Made by a program: the position numbers and the translations under genes. Source: a virus. Taken from it: DNA of 64,000 bases. The stretch lies in the IMG/VR virus record IMGVR_UViG_3300026680_000001, positions 7,089 through 71,088 of that record; one strand, written 5' to 3'. Under the pieces are notes generated by a model. That model had not been told where the DNA came from. It searched no databases and was given only the letters and a program-made list of their open reading frames with translations. This document shows, in pieces, positions 18,094 to 26,873 of this stretch (positions within the stretch are counted from its first letter, which is position 1; every line of letters starts with the position of its first letter).

Positions 18094-18238
18094 GCTCTCG
18101 TGTTGTCCAACGATGCCGACTGTAATGGTCTACAGTTGGGCCTGTCAAGCTGCCATCGGCTTACCAAGTCCACCACCCCCGTCGTACGATGGGTGGCGAC
18201 CGTACGAGACCAGCAACGACGGGGAGGGACGATCACTC

Positions 18239-18988
18239 GTGAGCCGTCGTCACATGGTGGTCCTGTTAGCGGTCGCGTCAGGACTGGCCGGCGAGATCCT
18301 CGCAGCCACATCCATGACCCGGATCGCGGGGCCGGTGGACGTGGCCGGGGGCCGACTCGGGTTCCCCGGCGGCGCCGATGGCCTGGACCTTCGATGGACC
18401 CTGTTCGCGGTGGTGTCGATCGCGGGATGGGCCGGGGCCGTGCTCTGGACCAGCAACCGAGCGCGGGACCGTAAGTGGGGCGCCCCGATCAATGTTGGTG
18501 CCGGTGTCTTGGCCGGGATCGCCATCGGCCTGGACCATGTGGTCCACGCGGACCCGGCCCTGGCCTGGCGACTGGTCGCGTTCTTCGTCGGGCTGGCCGT
18601 CCCGCTGTTTTCCTCCCTCATGATCCACACCATTGCCCATGTAGCGTCCGCGGACACCAAGTTGCCCGATCGGCCGAAGAGGCGTGAACGACACCAGCCG
18701 GCCACCCCCGTGCCGCCCCACAACGGTATTCCCATGCCATCCGTGAATGGCACCCCGGTCCCACTACCGGCACCCACACGAGCCATTCGGCCGGTGGCCG
18801 ACGGAACCCAAGACCTGCCAGCGGTCGAGGCCCGGCGAGCGTTCGCCACGCGATGGCTCACGGAACACCTGACCTCCGAGACCCAGCCGAATGATCTCGT
18901 CACCGCAGCGGCGCGGGAAGGCCTGACAATAACCCGTCAGGCCGCCCACAAATGCCTGAAAAGGGCCAGGGACCAGGTTCGCGCATGA
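18239..18988 (+). CDS. integral membrane protein with C-terminal HTH-like segment
   Basis: GTG 18239 with GGGAGGGA RBS; 4-5 hydrophobic helices; C-terminal TAAAREGLTITRQAAHKCLKRARDQV; stop overlaps next start (ATGA). Confidence 0.4.
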   Translation: MSRRHMVVLLAVASGLAGEILAATSMTRIAGPVDVAGGRLGFPGGADGLDLRWTLFAVVSIAGWAGAVLWTSNRARDRKWGAPINVGAGVLAGIAIGLDHVVHADPALAWRLVAFFVGLAVPLFSSLMIHTIAHVASADTKLPDRPKRRERHQPATPVPPHNGIPMPSVNGTPVPLPAPTRAIRPVADGTQDLPAVEARRAFATRWLTEHLTSETQPNDLVTAAAREGLTITRQAAHKCLKRARDQVRA

Positions 18989-20925
18989 CCAATGTGGACG
19001 ACCGACTTCCCGTCATTGTCGAGGATGATGGCGGGACACCTCCTGACCCCATCCCAGATGATGATCGACCATCTCCGGATTCGCCATCACCGAGTGGCAG
19101 GGCCGGTGTCTGGTTGGAGCGGGCCGCCATGTGGCGGTTTCCCACGCCTGCGCGGATGTGGTCGGTATGCCGGTGGTGGATGCTCACCGCGCTGGCCGCC
19201 TCCCCATACATGGCATTACGGCTACCAGTCGCGGCGTGGCGCCATGTACGAGCCATCCTGGTCGGGCTCGGAATGGTTCTCGCCGCATGGGCACGGTGGC
19301 GAATCCGAGAAGACTGGCTCAAGGATGTACAGGCGGCTGACGGTCTCAAGCGCGCCAAGCACCGAGAATACTTCGAGAAGCGTCGTCGAGCCCGGTCACT
19401 GTGGTCGGCGTTCCTGCTCATCGTCGTGTGCGTGGCCATCTTGGCAGCGGTACGGCTCTGGCCCCACTATCTGGCCCTGGTCGTTCTCCTGACGATGATC
19501 GGCCTCGACGCGCTCGGGCATCGCGGGGCTCCGGACCCCGACCTACCTCAGCCACCGTCCTCACCACTTCGCGAGGGTGCTCCGGCACGGGTGATTGTGT
19601 CCCAGGTGCACGACATTCTCACCGGCCGGGGTCACCGGGCGACCGTCGTGGCCCCGGTCGTCGGCCCACATGGTGTCGCGATGGAGGTCCACGACCCAGA
19701 GCGAGCGATTGATGAAGGCGATCTGGACGCCCTGGAACGAGGATTGCAGACCTATCCGGGGGCAGTGTTGCAATCACCGTCCCGGACCAACGCCGCGGTC
19801 ACGGCGCTACGCGTGCACTGGAGTGACCCACTGGCCGAGCACCGCCCACCGCCGGCCAGGGCACCGCTGTCGCGCACCGTGGCCGACCCGGCGGACCTGG
19901 GATATGGCGTTCGCGGGGAAGTGCTGCGACTGGGATTGCTGCGGACCAGTGTCCTGGTCGTGGGTGGTCCGGGGTCAGGCAAGTCCACCACACTGTCCGG
20001 GATGCTGGATTATCTCACCGCGTGCGGTGACGTGGTCGTCGACGCGATCGACCTGTCCGGTGGGGCCACATTCGGGCCCTGGCGGGCTTGCCTGCGTAGC
20101 GTGTCCACCGACCGGGACGAGGCTGAGGAAGTCCTGCGGGACGCGGTGGCGCTGGCCAAACGCCGGACCCGGCAGCTGGAACACCATGACAGTTGGTCTC
20201 CCGGGGATGGTCCGTGCCGGGTCCTGTTCATCGACGAGTTCCCGCTGCTGGCCATGGACGAGACATTGCTCGCGCTGTACGGCGAGCACCTACAGATCGG
20301 GCGCAAGGCCGGGTCCACCTCCGTCGTCGGGGTCACGGACCTGACCAAGGAGACGATGGGTGCCACTCGGATGCGCAAGTACCCGAGTAGCTACATTCTG
20401 CATGCCTGCTCCCGTGAGGACGTGGTGATCGCGCTCGGGGGCGGGATGGTGGCCGCCGGCTGGGCTCCGCACCGACTCGTCCCCGAGCAGGGCGATGAGG
20501 TCATGGACGCGGGTAAGGCATACGTCTGGTCCGGCCGGTACAGGGCCCCCGAGCCGTGGCGGTTCTGGAAGGTCTCCAAGGACGAGGCACGGCGCCGTGC
20601 CGGAGAGCGGGCACGTGCCGGCACACCCCAGCTGGACGAGGACGACGTGATCGACGCTGTGGTGGTGCCGGCGGACCTGGAGATCTTCCGAACCGCGTTC
20701 GCCGACGCGGGCTGGCCGGAGTTCATGGCCACCGACGACATCATCGAACATCGGCGATCGACCAACGGCGACACTCCGACGCGAGAGAACCTGTCTGAGA
20801 TCGCGGCTCGGTACGGATTCGCCCCCGCCGCCTCTCGTCGCCGGCCAGTCGGGGGCGGGAATCCCCGGCGCGGGTACCTCGCTGCGGATGTGCGGCGGGC
20901 ACTGTCTGAGCTTGAGGCAGAATGA
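18985..20925 (+). CDS. FtsK/SpoIIIE-family DNA translocase (TraB-like)
   Basis: N-terminal TM segments, Walker A VVGGPGSGKST, Walker B VLFIDEF; about 646 aa. Confidence 0.7.
   Translation: MTNVDDRLPVIVEDDGGTPPDPIPDDDRPSPDSPSPSGRAGVWLERAAMWRFPTPARMWSVCRWWMLTALAASPYMALRLPVAAWRHVRAILVGLGMVLAAWARWRIREDWLKDVQAADGLKRAKHREYFEKRRRARSLWSAFLLIVVCVAILAAVRLWPHYLALVVLLTMIGLDALGHRGAPDPDLPQPPSSPLREGAPARVIVSQVHDILTGRGHRATVVAPVVGPHGVAMEVHDPERAIDEGDLDALERGLQTYPGAVLQSPSRTNAAVTALRVHWSDPLAEHRPPPARAPLSRTVADPADLGYGVRGEVLRLGLLRTSVLVVGGPGSGKSTTLSGMLDYLTACGDVVVDAIDLSGGATFGPWRACLRSVSTDRDEAEEVLRDAVALAKRRTRQLEHHDSWSPGDGPCRVLFIDEFPLLAMDETLLALYGEHLQIGRKAGSTSVVGVTDLTKETMGATRMRKYPSSYILHACSREDVVIALGGGMVAAGWAPHRLVPEQGDEVMDAGKAYVWSGRYRAPEPWRFWKVSKDEARRRAGERARAGTPQLDEDDVIDAVVVPADLEIFRTAFADAGWPEFMATDDIIEHRRSTNGDTPTRENLSEIAARYGFAPAASRRRPVGGGNPRRGYLAADVRRALSELEAE
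20872..20916. repeat. copy 1 of a 44-bp imperfect direct repeat (3' end of FtsK-like gene); copy 2 at 21695-21737
   Basis: GGGTACCTCGCTGCGGATGTGCGGCGGGCACTGTCTGAGCTTGA vs GGGTACCTCGCTACGGATGTGCGGGACGCACTGTCTAGGCTCGA; both encode GYLA(A/T)DVR(R/D)ALS(E/R)L. Confidence 0.7.
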
Positions 20926-21323
20926 CAGGGAGGTCAACTATGCGAGATCACGACATGGAGGAGCCATCCGAACCACCCGGACGTGACCAAATGAACCGCC
21001 ATCCGGAGATTCACCGATTCCTCGTCACAGCGGATACCAACCGCAAGATACACCACTGGTCAGCAACCGCAACGTTCGTCAACTGGATCGAGGGCCGTGA
21101 CAACGGTGACCGCGAGACATGGCTAGTGACATGTTACGAGCCGCAAGTCAAGTCATTCCTCAATACTGCTAAAACCATCGGTGTCACCGTACAGAAGATC
21201 CATGACGCTGGTGACAGGGAGACGTACGAGTTGCTGGTCGGTAATCCCGGGACCGGATGGCCACCATGTATACGACCCGCACACTTTGACTACCAGCCAG
21301 GTAGCGCATCGAGTCAGAATTAA
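20922..21323 (+). CDS. hypothetical protein
   Basis: 133-aa ORF overlapping FtsK stop (ATGA). Confidence 0.35.
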   Translation: MTGRSTMRDHDMEEPSEPPGRDQMNRHPEIHRFLVTADTNRKIHHWSATATFVNWIEGRDNGDRETWLVTCYEPQVKSFLNTAKTIGVTVQKIHDAGDRETYELLVGNPGTGWPPCIRPAHFDYQPGSASSQN

Positions 21324-21344
21324 GGAAAGTCGGGGTAGGCCACG

Positions 21345-21779
21345 ATGATGTTTCAGGGTCGGGTTCACACTACGGGTAGCGACGACATATTCGACGACGA
21401 GGCATTTAGCGGCCAGATCGGCAAAAATGTCCCACTCACCGTCGGTGGGCAACACGTTGGCTACGTCACGATCGTTGCAGCCGAGGTTGTGGACGGTGGC
21501 CGGGCAGTGCTACTGACCTACACAGCCCCCGGCACTGACCGGTGCGGGAGTCAACCGTCCTCGAATTCCAGTGCCCGTTGTGAGCGGCCGAGTGGCCACA
21601 CATCCAATAACTGTGTCGGCCGGACCCGTGGAGGCTACTGGAAGTCGTGGACGACGCCAGACCCCTCCCTGAACGATGGTGGCACGACCCCCACGGGTAC
21701 CTCGCTACGGATGTGCGGGACGCACTGTCTAGGCTCGACCAACGGGAGTAGTGGCTGGTTATGCGAGATAGCGAGATAG
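21345..21779 (+). CDS. hypothetical protein; 3' half looks degenerate (possible pseudogene/frameshift remnant)
   Basis: N-terminal 65 aa protein-like; remainder Ser/Arg/Gly-rich low-complexity; alternative frame carries duplicated FtsK C-terminus. Confidence 0.2.
   Translation: MMFQGRVHTTGSDDIFDDEAFSGQIGKNVPLTVGGQHVGYVTIVAAEVVDGGRAVLLTYTAPGTDRCGSQPSSNSSARCERPSGHTSNNCVGRTRGGYWKSWTTPDPSLNDGGTTPTGTSLRMCGTHCLGSTNGSSGWLCEIAR
21695..21737. repeat. copy 2 of FtsK 3'-end repeat, in an otherwise non-coding-looking frame
   Basis: See copy 1; lies about 780 bp downstream. Confidence 0.7.
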
Positions 21780-22096
21780 CGCAAGAGTTCCCGTCCGCTG
21801 AGGCGTGGGAGCACTTCGGGGGTGGGAGGCACCGTGCCAGGATCTTACTAGATCCCTGGACGGAAAAACGGTGCTGGCTGCTCGTGGTCGAGCACGAGTA
21901 CCAATATGTAGCTGAACAGGTCAGTGACCTATCCACGACACCCATCAACACATCTGAAACTGAACTGTGGGAGTACCTGTTCCAGCGCCTAGAACAGCTC
22001 ATCAGGCATGGCACGACCCCCGGCACCGACCCGGCACCGAGTGTGCCACGGCACAGCACGTGCCGGCCTGGTGCCGGGGGTGGGTCAGCACCATGA
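21761..22096 (+). CDS. hypothetical protein
   Basis: 111-aa ORF; stop overlaps next start (ATGATG). Confidence 0.35.
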   Translation: MRDSEIAQEFPSAEAWEHFGGGRHRARILLDPWTEKRCWLLVVEHEYQYVAEQVSDLSTTPINTSETELWEYLFQRLEQLIRHGTTPGTDPAPSVPRHSTCRPGAGGGSAP

Positions 22097-22911
22097 TGGG
22101 CCGGACCCACGCCGTGTCAGGGATCTTGTCCGGGGAGTTGACACTGCTCATGGCCAAGTACGTCCCGGTGGTCTCGCCGGTCCCGTTCGAGGTCGCCGTC
22201 CTGTTCGTCCTCGTCATAACAGGCGCCACGCTGCTCCCGGATCTGGATCAACCATCATCTGTCGCGGCCCGGTCCCTGGGACCGGTGACGCGGTGGATGG
22301 CACGCGGGATCGGGGCCGGGTCCGTGTCCCTGTACCACCTGACCCGGGGACCGGGGGACAACCCGGGACGCGAGGGGGGACACCGGCTGGTGACGCATAC
22401 CCCCATCGGCTGTGTCGCCTTTGGTGCCGTCGCCCTCGTGGCCCAGGCGTCCCCGGTGACGGCATGCGTGTCCCTGGGGCTACTTGTCGCACTCGGGTTC
22501 CGGGCCGTCACCGGGGGACGGGGTGATACCGCCGACGCCATCCGTCGCGTCACCCGCACCCTGGGAGTGACGACGTTCGTCGCCCTCGTGGCGGGGACGG
22601 GGTTGGCCTGGTACGTCGTCACTCGTCACCCCGACGCGTCCCTTGTTTGGGGGTTCGCCGTGGTCATTGGCTGTTGGGCACACCGGGAAGGGGACAGGTG
22701 GACGATCGGGGGCGTCCCTCGTGCGACGTGCCCGGTTCGGGTGGGGACGCGGTCCTGGGGACGCACCCGTCCCCTGGGGGACATCAGGACGGGTGGAGCG
22801 GAGGAAGCAGGGGCCGTCCTGCCTGTCCTGTTCATCGCCATCATCGTCGTCACCCTGTCCCTGGTTGGTGTCCTGGGTGACATCGTCACTCTCGTGATGG
22901 GGACACTATGA
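22093..22911 (+). CDS. membrane-bound metal-dependent hydrolase (DUF457/YdjM-like)
   Basis: MMGRTHAVSG start, LLPDLD and GHRLVTHTPIG motifs, multiple TM helices. Confidence 0.55.
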   Translation: MMGRTHAVSGILSGELTLLMAKYVPVVSPVPFEVAVLFVLVITGATLLPDLDQPSSVAARSLGPVTRWMARGIGAGSVSLYHLTRGPGDNPGREGGHRLVTHTPIGCVAFGAVALVAQASPVTACVSLGLLVALGFRAVTGGRGDTADAIRRVTRTLGVTTFVALVAGTGLAWYVVTRHPDASLVWGFAVVIGCWAHREGDRWTIGGVPRATCPVRVGTRSWGRTRPLGDIRTGGAEEAGAVLPVLFIAIIVVTLSLVGVLGDIVTLVMGTL

Positions 22912-23453
22912 GCCGGGTGGGGGAGGGACGGGCGACGTTCCGCGACGCTGCCGCCGAGACGTTGGTGCGACGGAGACGCCGCGGGGACGCCAAGCGTCGC
23001 AAGGTGCGACAGGTGGGACGCCCACGTCCCCGCCACCGTCCCCGACGACGGGGTCACCGCCGACGTGCCAGACCCCGCGGGCTGGTCTTCGGTCTGGTCA
23101 CGATCATTGTCTCGTTGCTCGTCGCGGTCTTGGCCCTGGCCGGCTATCTGGTCACGTGGCTTGCCGTACTAGTCGCCGCTGGGGTGAGCGGGACTGTGGC
23201 GGTGTTCGAGGTGCAACGTGAGTTGCGCGGTGGACCGGCCGCCTACCGGGGGCCGGTGAAGATCTCTGAGCCTCGCCGGCACACGGGACGCAAACGGAGA
23301 TCAACGGGCGGTGTGGAAGGTTCCGGGGGTCCGCGTGCCACCCGCCGCCGAACCTGCTCGGCGCGTTGCCAAACCTCCACCCGGCCAGTGTCGGAATGTG
23401 ACTGCTCATGCGGGGGTTCATCGCACGGCCGGACCACCCGCGAGCGCGTGTAA
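22908..23453 (+). CDS. basic membrane protein
   Basis: Arg-rich N-terminus, two TM helices; ATGA overlap with upstream gene. Confidence 0.4.
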   Translation: MSRVGEGRATFRDAAAETLVRRRRRGDAKRRKVRQVGRPRPRHRPRRRGHRRRARPRGLVFGLVTIIVSLLVAVLALAGYLVTWLAVLVAAGVSGTVAVFEVQRELRGGPAAYRGPVKISEPRRHTGRKRRSTGGVEGSGGPRATRRRTCSARCQTSTRPVSECDCSCGGSSHGRTTRERV

Positions 23454-23468
23454 CCACCACCGAACCGA

Positions 23469-23495
23469 CCCCACGCAAAGAATCTTTGCGTGGGG
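23469..23495 (+). terminator. intrinsic-terminator-like hairpin CCCCACGCAAAGA / TCTTTGCGTGGGG followed by T-rich tract
   Basis: 13-nt perfect arms, 16 nt after stop at 23453, followed by TCTTGACTTGTT. Confidence 0.55.
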
Positions 23496-23497
23496 TC

Positions 23498-23526
23498 TTG
23501 ACTTGTTCCCACCCAGGGGTTAGATT
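23498..23526 (+). promoter_or_regulatory. sigma70/HrdB-type promoter TTGACT-17-TAGATT
   Basis: -35 TTGACT (23498-23503), 17-nt spacer, -10 TAGATT (23521-23526); drives a roughly 370-nt leader before the 23903 gene. Confidence 0.5.
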
Positions 23527-23902
23527 ATATGTAGAAGCAAGAACGAAGATTGAAAACTTCAAAGCGGGAGCCCCACCCGGGTGAGACCACAGGGCCGCGA
23601 CGATCGGACACACAATGTCCAGGAGCGGAAGCCGGAGACGCGGACGGGGGACAACGAACGAAACAAAAGCATTCCACTATCGGCGCTGGAAAAGCCGAGA
23701 GCCCGGCAGGAACCGGGTGACGCATGGGCACGTGCGTCGGTGAGGTTCGAGACCCACTGGTGGAGCACATGGCAGCCATCCCCCGGGGAAAGCCCCGGCG
23801 AGGCAGGGAGACGTGGCCTAGCGAGCCACTACAGGCGCGGTGCGAGTCCGCTGGTTGCCACCCATCCGACACCCCCACATACCAACCCCTGAAGGGTTCA
23901 CA

Positions 23903-24421
23903 ATGACCAAGGTCAAGACCGTCAAGATGGTCGTGCTCGTATACCTCCTCGGAGCCCTGGCTGGCTCGTTCTGCCACATCATCGAAACCGCCCACAAGAT
24001 CGGCCTAGTCGGTCTGGAAGCCTGGACCGTTCCATTCATGATCGACGGCATCGTCGTGATCGCCATGGTCATGCGGTCGGCCAGCTTCGGGCGGTCCACC
24101 CAGCGGATCGGGTTCCGGACGCTACTGCTGTCCGGTGGCCTGTCCCTGACCGCCAACGTCTACGCCGCGGAGACCCTCGGTGGCGTCCTGTTCGGCGTCG
24201 GGATCGTCGTGCTGTACGTGTACGCCGACTGGCTGTCCAGCCGGCTGGAGAGCGCTGAGGCCGAGCGTGCCCGTGAGGCCGCCGAGGCCCGGACGGCCAA
24301 GCGCCGCGAGGCCGCTCGCAAGGGCGCGGCCACCCGCAGGACACGGGCTCGCAGTGCGAAGATCCGGAAGACCCGCGAGGCCAAGGTCTTGGACGAGTTG
24401 GTCCACGGCCACACGGCCTAA
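23903..24421 (+). CDS. DUF2637-like membrane protein with Arg/Ala/Glu-rich C-terminal tail
   Basis: ATG 23903 with GAAGGG RBS; 4 TM helices (HIIETAHKIGLVGLEAWTVPFMIDG...); family resemblance to actinomycete plasmid/ICE-associated DUF2637. Confidence 0.45.
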   Translation: MTKVKTVKMVVLVYLLGALAGSFCHIIETAHKIGLVGLEAWTVPFMIDGIVVIAMVMRSASFGRSTQRIGFRTLLLSGGLSLTANVYAAETLGGVLFGVGIVVLYVYADWLSSRLESAEAERAREAAEARTAKRREAARKGAATRRTRARSAKIRKTREAKVLDELVHGHTA

Positions 24422-24429
24422 TCATGAAG

Positions 24430-24479
24430 CCCGGCCCCCGCGAGGGGACGCGACGTTGGGGATCAGATCCCCGGCCGGG
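24430..24479 (+). repeat. structured element copy 1 (closing stem CCCGGC/GCCGGG; hairpin CCCC-GCGA-GGGG; linker ACGCGACGTT; hairpin GGGGA-TCAGA-TCCCC)
   Basis: Begins 9 nt after stop of 23903 gene; one of three paralogous copies with compensatory changes. Confidence 0.6.
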
Positions 24480-24748
24480 TACGCGGAGAGAGTGAGGAAC
24501 GGGGTACGACCGGGCCGCGGGAGGGTCTGGATCGTCTCGCGCAGGGGGGACTGCCCCCGGACCACCCCCGATAAACCCCGACCATTACTGGATAGGATCA
24601 ACAGGACATAGCTAACTATTTTTTCGTGATGACGGTACAAGGTCCAGTCCACAGTGTGCCGGGTGCACGTTGGACCAGTACAGTATCCGGGACAGTTCAA
24701 GCAACGGGCCATACCCGCACCTCGGTATACAACAATATACTTGGCCAG

Positions 24749-24777
24749 ATCACTGCACAGGCTCGCACTGATAGAAT
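24749..24777 (+). promoter_or_regulatory. candidate extended -10 promoter (TGaTAGAAT) in low-GC gap upstream of repeat-protein gene
   Basis: TG at 24769-70, TAGAAT 24772-24777; weak -35 ATCACT 17 nt upstream; region about 50% GC. Confidence 0.3.
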
Positions 24778-24916
24778 GTGTGGTCCCGACGAGCAACTAG
24801 ATGTGATGTTCTGGTCACTGGAACTGGACGAGCTGACCTAACCTAACGCAGCCTGGAGCTCCATATGACCAATGAAGTTGAGGACTGATCATTACCAAAT
24901 TGGAGTTTTCTGACTC

Positions 24917-25495
24917 ATGAGCACGTCAACGTACTTGACTGTCGAGATGTTAACCAAGGCAAGCGCCTGCGCCAACCAAGTGAGCCGCTTCCACCAGAAA
25001 TACCCGGCGGGTGTCGACATCACTATTGACCTATGCCGTGACAGTTCCGCGGACTGGGACTGGGACTGGGCAGCAAAACAACTACTGCCGCAGTCCGCGT
25101 GGGCTGGATACGAGCGGGTCAAGCAGCCGGCTTGGGCCGAGTACGCGCGGGTCGAGCAGTCGGCTTGGGCCGAGTACGCGCGGGTCCGGCAGCCCTCGCG
25201 AGCCAAGTACGAACGGGTCTGGCGGTCCGCGCGGGCCGAGTACGCGCGGGTCGAGCAGTCGGCTTGGGCCGAGTACGCGCGGGCCGAGTACGCGCGGGCC
25301 GAGTACGAGCAGGCCCGGCAGTCTGCGTCGGCCGAGTATGAGCGGGTCTGGCAGCCCGCGCGGGCCGAGTACGAGCGGGTCCGGCAGTCCGCGCGGGCCG
25401 AGTACGAGCGGGTCCGGCAGTCCGCGCGGGCCGAGTACGAGCAAGCATGTGCCGTAGCGTTCGCAAATGCTGTCTTGGCGTATGGCCTACGCTGA
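24917..25495 (+). CDS. tandem-repeat protein (11-aa AEYARV(E/R)QSAW repeats)
   Basis: 192 aa; GGAG RBS 9 nt upstream; about 10 copies of an 11-residue helical repeat. Confidence 0.5.
   Translation: MSTSTYLTVEMLTKASACANQVSRFHQKYPAGVDITIDLCRDSSADWDWDWAAKQLLPQSAWAGYERVKQPAWAEYARVEQSAWAEYARVRQPSRAKYERVWRSARAEYARVEQSAWAEYARAEYARAEYEQARQSASAEYERVWQPARAEYERVRQSARAEYERVRQSARAEYEQACAVAFANAVLAYGLR
25094..25446. repeat. 33-bp tandem repeat array (about 10 units of GCTTGGGCCGAGTACGCGCGGGTCGAGCAGTCG), coding
   Basis: Visible periodicity of 33 bp with unit variants including truncated 24-bp units. Confidence 0.85.
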
Positions 25496-25505
25496 CCGAC
25501 GCCTG

Positions 25506-25556
25506 CCTGGTCCCCCCGCAAGGGATGTGACGTTGGGGGTCGAATCCCCGGCCGGG
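25506..25556 (+). repeat. structured element copy 2 (CCTGGT/GCCGGG closing stem with G-U pairs; CCC-GCAA-GGG; linker TGTGACGTT; GGGGG-TCGAA-TCCCC)
   Basis: Begins 11 nt after stop of repeat-protein gene. Confidence 0.6.
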
Positions 25557-25591
25557 TACTTCAACAACAAGAATCAACGATTGGAACCACG

Positions 25592-26866
25592 ATGACCAGT
25601 ACCACCATTCGCAATGCCACCATCCTCGACCTCAACGCACTACTTCTGGACCGGCAGGCTCGTAAGGTCGATGCCGTTGTTCCGGCCACGGCCATGTCAT
25701 TCCGTGACGGGGTGGCGCACTTGCGGGGCGTCGTGCCACTGCTCAACGATGACGGTGTCACCGATGTGAACGGCGACTACCGGCCCACCAACGTCGCCGA
25801 TGAGCACCTCGGTCAAAAGCTTGGCATTCCGGTGCCCTACCTGCGGAAGCTGCGTTCGGAGCGCCCCCACCTCTACGACGCCAACGTCAACGCCTGGCTG
25901 CACGGTCGCCGTGTTCGTCGTGATGGCGAGGTCGAGACCGTTCACCCGGCCGATGACAGGTCCTTCCTGTTGCGCATGTTCCGTGCCGACGCTGGTGAGG
26001 GTGTCCTGCGCGGGGTGTTGTCCACCGGTTACGGCCTCATCGACGACTTCGATGTCCTGACCGCCACCCTGGAGGGGGTGCGGGAATCCGGTGCCGAGGT
26101 CAGCATCGACAGCTGTGACCTCACCGAACGCACGATGCGGGTCCGGCTTGTCGCGCCCGGTGTCGCAGCACTGGCACCCGTGCTGTTGACCGACTACCGG
26201 TCGCCGTTCACGTCTGGTGGGGCCAAGCGAGCCGGTAGTGGTAATGGTCTTGACCTCGACACCCACACCAACCGGTGGCGTGCCCTGGCTGAGCGTGAGG
26301 GTACGTCATACCCACCTGGACAGGAACCCGTCGTGTTCGCCGGGTTTGAGATCAGTAACAGCGAGCTTGGTGCTGGTGCGTTCACCCTGACTCCACGACT
26401 GGTCGTGAAGATCTGTCGCAATGGGCTCACCGTCACCGCCGACGCACTTCGTCGCGTCCACCTCGGTAGCAAGCTCGACGATGGTGTTGTGGCCTGGTCG
26501 GACAACACCCGGAACAAGTACCTGGAATTGATCAAGTCGAAGGCCACCGATGCCGTCCGGACCTTCCTGTCACCCGGATACGTGACCAGCAAGGTCACCG
26601 AGATCGAGCGAAAGGCCGGTGCCCGACTGCCCGAGCCGGAGAAGCAGGTCAAGATCCTCGGTAAGCGGCTCGGGTTGTCAAAGGAACGAACTGAACAGGT
26701 TCTCGCGCATTTCATCATGGGTGGCAGCCTGACCGCTGGCGGGTTCCTCAACGCGGTCACGTCAGTCGCGCAGGTATGCGAAGACGGTGACGAGGCCGCC
26801 GATCTTGAAGGACGTGGTCTCGACGCGCTCGACGCGGCAACCGCGCTGGCACACGCTACCAGGTAG
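25592..26866 (+). CDS. DUF932-like phage/plasmid-associated protein
   Basis: 424 aa; segments YLRKLRSERPHLYDANVNAWLHG and FAGFEISNSELGAGAF resemble the DUF932 family; assignment from memory of family features. Confidence 0.45.
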   Translation: MTSTTIRNATILDLNALLLDRQARKVDAVVPATAMSFRDGVAHLRGVVPLLNDDGVTDVNGDYRPTNVADEHLGQKLGIPVPYLRKLRSERPHLYDANVNAWLHGRRVRRDGEVETVHPADDRSFLLRMFRADAGEGVLRGVLSTGYGLIDDFDVLTATLEGVRESGAEVSIDSCDLTERTMRVRLVAPGVAALAPVLLTDYRSPFTSGGAKRAGSGNGLDLDTHTNRWRALAEREGTSYPPGQEPVVFAGFEISNSELGAGAFTLTPRLVVKICRNGLTVTADALRRVHLGSKLDDGVVAWSDNTRNKYLELIKSKATDAVRTFLSPGYVTSKVTEIERKAGARLPEPEKQVKILGKRLGLSKERTEQVLAHFIMGGSLTAGGFLNAVTSVAQVCEDGDEAADLEGRGLDALDAATALAHATR

Positions 26867-26873
26867 CAACAAA

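Noticed and set aside
23730-23760. GGTTCGAGACC segment as a possible tRNA or tmRNA fragment
   Set aside because: No flanking stems complete a cloverleaf. I treat it as a chance match inside the long leader.
24422-24620. The structured repeats interpreted as attP or tRNA 3'-end integration cores
   Set aside because: No integrase is nearby, the three copies are within 2.5 kb in the same orientation, and they lack the acceptor stem or CCA features of tRNA 3' ends.
25094-25446. A CRISPR array suggested by the regular 33-bp repeats
   Set aside because: The repeats are contiguous with no spacers, are in-frame coding sequence of a repeat protein, and no cas genes are present.
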